Positions 18,350-25,860 of a DNA stretch of 64,000 nt are shown here, piece by piece (the stretch's first letter is position 1; each line of letters starts with the position of its first letter). Location: contig JBFMFB010000003.1 in the NCBI GenBank assembly GCA_040752115.1, forward strand, positions 39,266 to 103,265. The letters run 5' to 3'. A program made the position numbers and the translations under genes. Under the pieces are notes generated by a model. The model was not told the DNA's origin. It did not search any database and saw only the letters and a list, made by a program, of their open reading frames with translations. Source of the DNA: Pseudomonadota bacterium (GTDB lineage Bacteria > Pseudomonadota > Gammaproteobacteria > Burkholderiales > Sulfuricellaceae).

Positions 18350-18383
18350 CGGGCAGACACCGGCAATCCGGCTCGTCTGCCCG
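18350..18383 (-). promoter_or_regulatory. Intercistronic hairpin between nosR and nosD
   Basis: CGGGCAGAC (18350-18358) pairs with GTCTGCCCG (18375-18383). The 16-nt loop contains CCGG..CCGG. No U-tract follows. Confidence 0.4.
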
Positions 18384-18414
18384 ACATGATTTCTCCTGCC
18401 CCGTGTGTTTTCGC

Positions 18415-20577
18415 TTACTTGATTTCCTTCAGCGGAATAAAGTAACCGTTTCCGTCAATGGGCGTAAGCGGGAGCCCGGCTCTCTGCCGGCTTCTCCGCT
18501 CCGTGGACAGCGGCGGGCAGGCGTGATCGTCATAATACAGTATCATGCAGTCGAGGCACAGGAGGCATTCGCGCTGGTCGATCTTGCCCTTGTTGTCGAT
18601 GGCAAGCGATCCGCAGCCATGCGCGCAGGCATGGCAGGGATTTCCGCATTCTGCCTTCCGTTTCAACCCAAAAAACCGGAATGTGGAAGGAATGGCGAGG
18701 CCGGCCCCGAGCGGGCACAGATACTTGCAGAACGGGCGCTCCATCAGGAGCGAAAGCCCGAACACCACAAACCAGAACAGCGCAAACGGCCAGGACCGGT
18801 TCAGCACGCCAACCAGGAAGGTGGTTTTGAACGGCTCCACTTCGGCCATTTTTTCCGCGAGCCCCATCGAATAGAAGGAAACCACCACCAGCGTCGCAAA
18901 AACGGCATATTTGACCCATTTGAGCTTGTCGTGAAGCGGTTTCGGCAATCTGAACTGAAAGCGCTTCAGACCCAATTTCCCGGCAATCTTGTAAGCGAGT
19001 TCGGTCATGGAGCCATAAGGACACAGCCAACCGCAGAACAGGCCACGGCCCCAGACAAACAGGGTGATGATGATGAACCACCAGAAAATGAAGATGAAAG
19101 GATCGGACAGGAACAGCTCCCACTTCCACTGCGTCAGCGAATGGAACCAGGTCATCACGTGCGTGATGCTGGGCTGCGCCATGGCATAAAAGCCGACAAA
19201 CCCGACGGAAATCGCCCAGATCAGATACTTGGGAATGTTCACCCAGCGCTTGTCCTTATGATTGGCGCGGCGCACGAATTGATAGCGCAACGCGGCGTAG
19301 GATGCGGCCGCCGAAATCAGCAACAGTACGAAAGCGACGATCTCCCATTTCTTGTCCTTCCACACGCGCAACCAGATCGGATCGGGACGTTCGTATTTCG
19401 GCCTCCCCCCTTCCAGATATCGCGCCGGCAACCAGTATTCCTGCTCGAAGTTGGCAAAAGTCTTGGCGCCGGTTTCCCTGTCGATCTTGTTGCCCAGGAA
19501 GGCGAGACTCCAGGGGTAGGCTGCGCTGAAATTGGCGCTGCGCAAGATGAAAAGCCCGGATTCCTTGTATTGCGGCGCGCCGGCAGCGAGCAGCGCGTAC
19601 AGATTCCGGTAGTCGGTGTCGCGGAAGGTAAACGAATCCGCCAATTGCTTGATCTGGATCCGGTCGTAAATCCCCCCGCGCACGAAGCCCGAACCTTTGA
19701 ACGACGCCGCGCCATTGGCGATGATGAAAATGACATGTTCGTTCGGTTTGAGATCGGCCATCAGGCGCTGGTAGGCATCGTCGCCGAGGATGCTGCGGCC
19801 GATGCTGGGGGCGTTGAGGTAGCCGAAGTACATGTCGATATACGGCTGCCCCGTGTCCGGCAACCCGACTTCCCTCGGCTGAACGGTAAGCCGCTGGACG
19901 CCGCCCTCTTTAACCAGCGCGTCCCAGTCAAGGGTTTCGGAGATGTTCGCGAATTTCGCCTGGGGCTTGGGGGTGGACTTGATGATGCCCACCTGCTTGC
20001 CAATCTCGGAAGCACAACGAGAAACGACCTGGTTTTCGGCGATGACGGTCACGGTCGCGCCGCTAATGGCGTCAAGCGGCACATACTGATCCGCGCTGCT
20101 GACCTTTCCAAGCTCGAACCGGCTGCCGGCGAATTTCCCGACATACTGCTTGATGTAATCCATCAGCTTGCTTTCCGGGATCCCGACCAGCAAGATCGGC
20201 TCGCTGTGCTTGAGAATCCGCACACCGGTGATGATGCCTTTGGCATCCATCCCGATCAGGGTCACCATAGGCTTGCCGGAGTATGCGGGAATATCCACGA
20301 TATCGGTGGAAAGGAAAACGTAGCCCAGCAGTTTCCTCTGCCCTCCCTCGGTCTTGTAACCCTCCACATACGGCGGCTGCCCTTTGCGCGGCGAAAAACT
20401 GTCCGCACCTGGCAACACATCCTTGCAGGCGACGTAGGCGCACATGTTGGCATCTGTATAGAGCTTTTCGGGCAACTGCGCTTCGTAGGAAGTGGCGTAG
20501 CTGTTCGCGCCCGGCAAAAAAGCCAGCAATACGAGAATCAGGCGAAAGGCAAGTGTCATCATCGTTGACCTGTGCAT
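18415..20577 (-). CDS. nosR: NosR, membrane-bound FMN-binding / iron-sulfur protein required for NosZ activity
   Basis: 720 aa. N-terminal periplasmic FMN-binding domain (SGATVT), multiple TM segments, CX3CP motifs (CGWLCPYG, CKYLCPLG) and C-terminal Cys clusters. The start could also be ATG 20562 or 20559. Confidence 0.92.
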   Translation of the reverse strand: MHRSTMMTLAFRLILVLLAFLPGANSYATSYEAQLPEKLYTDANMCAYVACKDVLPGADSFSPRKGQPPYVEGYKTEGGQRKLLGYVFLSTDIVDIPAYSGKPMVTLIGMDAKGIITGVRILKHSEPILLVGIPESKLMDYIKQYVGKFAGSRFELGKVSSADQYVPLDAISGATVTVIAENQVVSRCASEIGKQVGIIKSTPKPQAKFANISETLDWDALVKEGGVQRLTVQPREVGLPDTGQPYIDMYFGYLNAPSIGRSILGDDAYQRLMADLKPNEHVIFIIANGAASFKGSGFVRGGIYDRIQIKQLADSFTFRDTDYRNLYALLAAGAPQYKESGLFILRSANFSAAYPWSLAFLGNKIDRETGAKTFANFEQEYWLPARYLEGGRPKYERPDPIWLRVWKDKKWEIVAFVLLLISAAASYAALRYQFVRRANHKDKRWVNIPKYLIWAISVGFVGFYAMAQPSITHVMTWFHSLTQWKWELFLSDPFIFIFWWFIIITLFVWGRGLFCGWLCPYGSMTELAYKIAGKLGLKRFQFRLPKPLHDKLKWVKYAVFATLVVVSFYSMGLAEKMAEVEPFKTTFLVGVLNRSWPFALFWFVVFGLSLLMERPFCKYLCPLGAGLAIPSTFRFFGLKRKAECGNPCHACAHGCGSLAIDNKGKIDQRECLLCLDCMILYYDDHACPPLSTERRSRQRAGLPLTPIDGNGYFIPLKEIK

Positions 20578-20618
20578 GACAAAAAAAGAAATTTAAGCGT
20601 ATTAGAATGCACTAATCA

Positions 20619-20632
20619 TTGATCTGCGTCAA
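20619..20632. promoter_or_regulatory. FNR/DNR/NNR-type box upstream of nosR
   Basis: TTGATCTGCGTCAA matches TTGAT-N4-ATCAA in 9 of 10 specified positions. Located 42-55 nt upstream of the first nosR ATG. Confidence 0.65.
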
Positions 20633-20720
20633 TAAACAATAACCTTTCGGAAATCCGCAACGGTAATGAGCATGGTAGGCGAGATGTATTTTTAGGTGAG
20701 GAAACCCACCCAAGAAAAGG

Positions 20721-20752
20721 ACAAACAAAAAACGGGAGGGCGAACCCTCCCG
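20721..20752 (-). terminator. Intrinsic terminator of nosZ
   Basis: On the minus strand, CGGGAGGG-TTCG-CCCTCCCG is followed by TTTTTTGTTTGT. It starts 24 nt after the nosZ stop. Confidence 0.85.
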
Positions 20753-20775
20753 CAAATCCCGCTCGCAACTAATGC

Positions 20776-22743
20776 TTACTTCTTGACGAACATCCGGCTG
20801 CGCATTTCCAAATGCAGCGCATGGCAGAAGTGGGTGCAATAGATCCAGAACATACCCGGTTTGTCGGCCTTGAAGGTAACGGACTTCGTTTCCTGCGGAT
20901 TGACGATGAAGTTGACGTTATAGTTCTCGATGCCGAAGCCGTGCGCCAGATCTTCCACCTTGTCGTGGTTGGTCAGGGTGATGGTCACTTCGTCACCGAG
21001 CTTCACTTCGAAATCGCGCATGCTGTACGCGGGAGCAACGGAGGTGAGGTAAACGAAAACCTTGTTGCCCTTGCGCTCGATGCGGCTGTCCTTCGGATCC
21101 TTGACCGCATTGGGGTACTCATCCATGGTGGCGACCTGACGGGTCTTGATCCGGTCGCGGCGCACGATGATGGCGTCATGCGGTTCCGGCCACGCGGTGT
21201 GGTCGTGCAGGAGCTTCATCTTGTCGCCGCTGATGTCGATCAACTGCTCGGTCTCGACGTGCAGCGGGCCAACCGGCAGGAAACGGTCCTTGGAGAACTT
21301 GTTGCCGGAGTTGAAGTATTTGCCGTCGGCTTCCTTGGTTTCGCCCATGGAGGTATAGCCATGGCCGGGCTGGTAGTGAACGTCGAGGCGGTCCAGCACC
21401 ACCTTGGCGTTCTTATCGCCCTTGAATTGGGCGATCGCCGCCGCCACGTTCCATTTGACGATCTGGCTGTCGAGGAACAGGGTGGTGTAGGCATTGCCCT
21501 TGTTGTCGAAGCCGGTGTGCAACGGCCCCAGACCGATTTCCGGCTCGCCCACCACGGCATCGCGCGGCTCTTTCAGGCCGCCGTCGAACCACTTGTTCAC
21601 CAGATCGAGTTCGATCACGGTGGCGGTCGGGGACAGCTTGCCGGAGCAAACGAAATACTTGCCGTCCGGGCTGGCGTTGATGCCGTGCGGGTTCTTCGGA
21701 ACCGGCACGTAGCAGGTCAACGCGGTCTTGGGATCCTTGTTGGCTTCCTTGGTGCCATCCACTACCGGAACCTTGTTGTTGCCGATGGTGAACGACTTGC
21801 CGGCCTTGATCGCCGCCTCGATGCGCGCCACGTTGAAAAATACAGCCGAATCGCGCTCGGCGGTCATCATGTCTTCGTACTTGACGCCCATTTCGGTGTT
21901 GTACTGGTTGGTCGCGACCAGTTTGCCGTCGTAGGAAGTCGCCACCAGATCGCAGTTGCCGTCGATCTTGACCTGCCACCGCACGGCCATGGTTTCGGCA
22001 TCGACGCAGGTAAACAGGGACGCGTACTTCTTGCCGTCAGTCAAATCGCGCCCGTCATTAGGCAGCGGCTGGGAAAACTCGGAGCCGCAGAACACGCGAG
22101 TGGTGTGATTGATCTTCTCGTCAACCGGGTCGCGCTTGTCGGGGAAAATCCCGTGGAAACCCTGGACATTCGGAATGTCGGTGATCTTGTCCACTTCCAT
22201 CAGATCGCCGCGGACCCGGGCCAGGCGGTTGTTCAGTTTGTCGTTCACCCAGAAATACTTGCCGTCGTAGGTGCCGTCGGTATAGGAGCCGTGCACGTGG
22301 TGGGTATCACCCGTAGTGTACTTGAGGCTGCCGTCCGCCTTGGTGCCAAGAATCTTCTTCGATTCGTTGGTGATTCCCCAGCCGGTCATGGGGTCGATGT
22401 TGAAGGTAGCAATCCGCTTGAGGGTGCGGCCGGAGGGCACGCCATAAATACGGACTTCGCCGGAATGGCCGCCGCTGGACATCATGTAATAATCATCCAG
22501 CTCGCCCGGCTTGACATCATGCTTGACCCCTCCCGGCGCTGCAGAAGCTGCCTTTTCCGCAGTCTTCTCTGGAGCTTTGGCGCCGCCAGCGGGAGCCGGT
22601 GCTTCCTCTTTTTTGCAGGATGCCAGCCCAACCGACAAGCCGGCACCCGCCAAGCCGGCGATGGCGGCGGTGTTCAGAAACTTGCGGCGACTCAGATCCT
22701 GCGGCGCTTCCACGGCGTCAATTTTTTGCTTCTCAGTGCCCAT
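20776..22743 (-). CDS. nosZ: Nitrous-oxide reductase NosZ (Tat signal, clade I-like)
   Basis: Start chosen at MGTEKQK (GGAGA upstream). SRRKFL twin-arginine motif. GELDDYY..SGGHSGE, DTHHVHGS and C-terminal CuA motif CTHFCHALHLEM. Confidence 0.95.
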   Translation of the reverse strand: MGTEKQKIDAVEAPQDLSRRKFLNTAAIAGLAGAGLSVGLASCKKEEAPAPAGGAKAPEKTAEKAASAAPGGVKHDVKPGELDDYYMMSSGGHSGEVRIYGVPSGRTLKRIATFNIDPMTGWGITNESKKILGTKADGSLKYTTGDTHHVHGSYTDGTYDGKYFWVNDKLNNRLARVRGDLMEVDKITDIPNVQGFHGIFPDKRDPVDEKINHTTRVFCGSEFSQPLPNDGRDLTDGKKYASLFTCVDAETMAVRWQVKIDGNCDLVATSYDGKLVATNQYNTEMGVKYEDMMTAERDSAVFFNVARIEAAIKAGKSFTIGNNKVPVVDGTKEANKDPKTALTCYVPVPKNPHGINASPDGKYFVCSGKLSPTATVIELDLVNKWFDGGLKEPRDAVVGEPEIGLGPLHTGFDNKGNAYTTLFLDSQIVKWNVAAAIAQFKGDKNAKVVLDRLDVHYQPGHGYTSMGETKEADGKYFNSGNKFSKDRFLPVGPLHVETEQLIDISGDKMKLLHDHTAWPEPHDAIIVRRDRIKTRQVATMDEYPNAVKDPKDSRIERKGNKVFVYLTSVAPAYSMRDFEVKLGDEVTITLTNHDKVEDLAHGFGIENYNVNFIVNPQETKSVTFKADKPGMFWIYCTHFCHALHLEMRSRMFVKK

Positions 22744-22879
22744 TTTTTTCTCCTTGAACAAACAAAAATTAACCTTCAAGAACCAAACTTGCCGCCGCGC
22801 AACTCCTCGAACCACGGCATTTTCGACATTCACACCCTTAATTCTTCGATGCGACGCTGCTGCCATGGTAAGTGATTAG

Positions 22880-22893
22880 TTGAGCTGCGTCAA
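22880..22893. promoter_or_regulatory. FNR/DNR/NNR-type box upstream of nosZ
   Basis: TTGAGCTGCGTCAA has the same N4 and right half (CTGCGTCAA) as the nosR box. About 140 nt upstream of the nosZ ATG. Overlaps the 21-bp palindrome 22884-22904. Confidence 0.6.
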
Positions 22894-22996
22894 TATGACG
22901 CAGCCCGCAAATTTCAAAAATCTGCTGCGCAAACCGATTCGGTTCAACGCCTTGTCGACCATCGCCCATTGTTGGCGCCCAACCCGTTGAGATGAC

Positions 22997-23722
22997 TCAG
23001 TTTACGGCCCGCCCCCTCCACAGGCACGCGCCGCGGCTGGCTTTATCGATTTCTTCCAGTACCTCCTGATGCGCCGCCAATTCATCTTCCGCCGCTTCCA
23101 GCACAAATATCGGCGGACGCGATCTATCCTCGGTATCTTCGGCTTCCCCTGGCTTGGCTTCCTCTGCTTCCATGATCAGGCTTTCCTGGCCCCGTGTCAT
23201 GGCGAGATATATCTCCGCCAGCAACTCCGCATCGAGCAAGGCCCCGTGGAGAGTGCGCCCGGAATTATCGATCTGGTATCGCTTGCACAAGGCATCCAGA
23301 TTGTTGCGCTGCCCCGGGTGCAGTTCCTTCGCCATTTTCAGGGTATCCGTAATGGCCAGGCAATGCTGCACGATCGGCTTCATCTGGAGCATGCCCAACT
23401 CGCTGTTGAGAAAGCCGACATCAAACGGCGCGTTGTGGATGATCAGCTCGGCGCCGCGAACGTAATCCAGCAAATCGGCGACAATTTCCCGAAAGCGGGG
23501 CTTGTCCTGCAAGAAGTCAAGAGTAATGCCGTGAACCTGCTGGGCGCCCGGATCAATCTCGCGCTCCGGATTGAGATAGTGATGGAAATAGTTCCCGGTC
23601 GGTCGACGGTTGATGATTTCGACCGCCCCGATTTCGATCACCCGGTGCCCGAGATTCGGATCAAGGCCCGTTGTTTCCGTATCCAGCACGATTTGTCGCA
23701 TTCCGCAATTTTCCTCGGTCAA
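22997..23722 (-). CDS. dnaQ: DNA polymerase III epsilon subunit (3'-5' proofreading exonuclease)
   Basis: Exo motifs VLDTETTGL, HNAPFDVGFL and HGALLDAELLAEIY. The start may be the internal MRQIVLD (23701). Confidence 0.92.
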   Translation of the reverse strand: MTEENCGMRQIVLDTETTGLDPNLGHRVIEIGAVEIINRRPTGNYFHHYLNPEREIDPGAQQVHGITLDFLQDKPRFREIVADLLDYVRGAELIIHNAPFDVGFLNSELGMLQMKPIVQHCLAITDTLKMAKELHPGQRNNLDALCKRYQIDNSGRTLHGALLDAELLAEIYLAMTRGQESLIMEAEEAKPGEAEDTEDRSRPPIFVLEAAEDELAAHQEVLEEIDKASRGACLWRGRAVN

Positions 23723-23726
23723 TGTC

Positions 23727-24188
23727 TCACTTCAGCACCGACTCGACGCCCTTGTTCGCGAGCATGTCGGCGCGCTCATTTTCGTCATGGCCGGAATGCC
23801 CCTTCACCCAAAGCCATTCGACCTGATGCCGCGAAGCCAGTTCATCCAGCCGCAACCACAAATCCGCATTCTTCACCGGCTTGTTGTCGCTGGTGCGCCA
23901 GCCGCGCTGCTTCCAGTTATGAATCCAACTGCTGATGCCTTTCTGCACGTATTGCGAATCGGTGTGAAGTCGCACCCGGCAAGGCCGTTTCAGCGCCTCC
24001 AGCGCCCGGATCACCGCCAGCAGTTCCATGCGGTTGTTGGTGGTGGGATTCTCGCCGCCAAACAACTCTTTCTCGTGCCCGGAAAAACGCAACAGCACCC
24101 CCCATCCTCCGGCGCCGGGATTGCCTTTGCAGGCACCGTCGGTAAAGATTTCCACCAGATCATGGCGGCTCGCGGTCATTCCTTGCAT
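23727..24188 (-). CDS. rnhA: Ribonuclease HI
   Basis: [27 protein letters not shown] and [14 protein letters not shown] are collinear with E. coli RNase HI. Confidence 0.95.
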   Translation of the reverse strand: MQGMTASRHDLVEIFTDGACKGNPGAGGWGVLLRFSGHEKELFGGENPTTNNRMELLAVIRALEALKRPCRVRLHTDSQYVQKGISSWIHNWKQRGWRTSDNKPVKNADLWLRLDELASRHQVEWLWVKGHSGHDENERADMLANKGVESVLK

Positions 24189-24231
24189 CCATCCTCTTTC
24201 AGAAACTGATCACGATATTTTCCAAAGAACA

Positions 24232-24951
24232 TCAGCCTTTGCCGATTGTTTTCTGGGCCGCCGGCGCCAGCATTTTCTGGGTGGCCGCGGCTTCGCTCCA
24301 ACTCGGCATGATCAACCGCATGCCGGGGACCCGCTTCTTGGCCAAGACGAAATACACGCCGCCGGCCAATGCCCACCACCGGTCACCTACCGCTTCCATG
24401 CACTGGAACCGGCGCAACAGCCTTTCCCGCCGGAAGGGTGGCTCGTAGCAGCAAAGGCGGCCTGCAATGACCTCGAACCCGAGCAACGCCAGCCAATCCT
24501 TGATGCGCGGCAAGCTGATAAAATTGCCGTTCCACGGATATTCTTCCCTGCTGCGCGGGAGCATTCGCCGCAGCCCCCACAGGCTAAAGGGATTGAACCC
24601 GCTGATGACCACCTGCCCTTCCGGCATCATCACCCGCTCGACTTCGCGCAATATCTGATGCGGATTCGCGCTAAACTCGAGCACGTGCGGCAACAACAGC
24701 AGGTCGATGGCCTGGCTGGCCAAGGGAAGCTGAGCTGAATCGGCATGCAGCTCCGCTCGGCCCGATACGGCAGCCCGAAAACGGAACGGGATGCGGCTGG
24801 CACGCAGCAAGTCGCACTTGGTCAGACCGAGCTGCAACGCATTGAAGCCGAAGATGTCGGCAACCACCTGGTCGAAATAAGCCTGCTCGCGCTGCAGCAG
24901 ATATTGCCCCAGCGGCGTTTCAAACCATTCGTCCGCGCTTAACCTTGACAT
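24232..24951 (-). CDS. Class I SAM-dependent methyltransferase (YafS-like)
   Basis: Start chosen at MSRLSADEWF, which avoids overlapping gloB. Conserved position between rnhA and gloB. Confidence 0.65.
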   Translation of the reverse strand: MSRLSADEWFETPLGQYLLQREQAYFDQVVADIFGFNALQLGLTKCDLLRASRIPFRFRAAVSGRAELHADSAQLPLASQAIDLLLLPHVLEFSANPHQILREVERVMMPEGQVVISGFNPFSLWGLRRMLPRSREEYPWNGNFISLPRIKDWLALLGFEVIAGRLCCYEPPFRRERLLRRFQCMEAVGDRWWALAGGVYFVLAKKRVPGMRLIMPSWSEAAATQKMLAPAAQKTIGKG

Positions 24952-24979
24952 CGGCTCCATTTCACCCAACCATGCCCAC

Positions 24980-25744
24980 ATGGTGGAAATCGTCCCGATC
25001 CCGGCACTCGACGACAACTATGTCTGGCTGATCCGCAACGATCGCGCCGCCGCCGCGGTGGACCCCGGCGAGGCCGCGCCGGTGCTCCATTACCTGAAAC
25101 GGCATAGCCTCGAACTCACCGCCATTCTCATTACCCACCATCACCACGACCATACTGGAGGAAACGCGGAGCTGCTCGCGTGCTTTCACGTGCCGGTTTA
25201 CGGACCGCGCGGCGAACTTGTCGCAACTGTCAACCGCCCGCTCGGGGAAGGCTGCAAGGCAGTGATTGCTGAGCCCGCCGTGCAGCTTGAAGTACTGGAC
25301 ACCCCGGGTCATACCCCAGGGCATTTGAGTTATTATGGCTTAAATTCCCTGTTTTGTGGCGACACCCTGTTCGCCTGCGGTTGCGGTCGCCTGCTCGGAG
25401 GAACCGCTGCGCAAATGACCGCCTCCCTGCAAAGGCTGGCTGGCCTGCCAGACACAACCCGGATCTTTTGCGCGCATGAATACACTCTGGCAAACATTCG
25501 CTTTGCCTTGTCCGTAGAGCCCGACAACCCCGCCTTGCAGCAGCGCGAAGCAACAGAACGCGACAAAAGGGCACTCGGCCTTCCCACCCTGCCCTCGACT
25601 ATCGGACTGGAAAAGCAGACCAACCCTTTCCTCCGCTTGGGCGAACCCGCCGTAATCCAGGCCGCAAGCCGGTTTGCCGGCCAGTCTTTGAGCGATCCGG
25701 TCAGCGTTTTCGCCGCCCTTAGGGAGTGGAAGAACCGGCATTGA
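24980..25744 (+). CDS. gloB: Hydroxyacylglutathione hydrolase (glyoxalase II)
   Basis: Metallo-beta-lactamase motif THHHHDHTGG. DTPGHTPGH. C-terminal NPFLR. Confidence 0.93.
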   Translation: MVEIVPIPALDDNYVWLIRNDRAAAAVDPGEAAPVLHYLKRHSLELTAILITHHHHDHTGGNAELLACFHVPVYGPRGELVATVNRPLGEGCKAVIAEPAVQLEVLDTPGHTPGHLSYYGLNSLFCGDTLFACGCGRLLGGTAAQMTASLQRLAGLPDTTRIFCAHEYTLANIRFALSVEPDNPALQQREATERDKRALGLPTLPSTIGLEKQTNPFLRLGEPAVIQAASRFAGQSLSDPVSVFAALREWKNRH

Positions 25745-25860
25745 CCCCGGCACACCGGCTCTAAAGTAATCCATTTGCTAACCGATAATTAACTTGACGC
25801 CGGCAAGCCCTCCTGCGTACCATCGCGGCATTCCCTGTCGTCACAAAAACCAAAACAATC

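Noticed and set aside
18403-20568. 721-aa ORF on the plus strand, antisense to nosR
   Set aside because: It exactly mirrors a gene with unambiguous NosR motifs on the other strand. Its product is a low-complexity Arg/Gly/Ala/His/Pro-rich sequence with no recognisable domain. This is the typical stop-poor antisense frame of GC-rich DNA.
20812-22875. 687-aa ORF on the plus strand, antisense to nosZ
   Set aside because: Same reasoning. NosZ on the minus strand carries Tat, CuZ-His and CuA motifs, and the antisense product has no features.
22884-22904. The 21-bp palindrome as an intrinsic terminator for dnaQ
   Set aside because: It lies downstream of the dnaQ stop on the correct strand, but no U-tract follows the stem on the minus strand. 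It also overlaps the FNR/DNR-type box. I kept it as a possible operator or hairpin inside the promoter finding rather than annotating a terminator.
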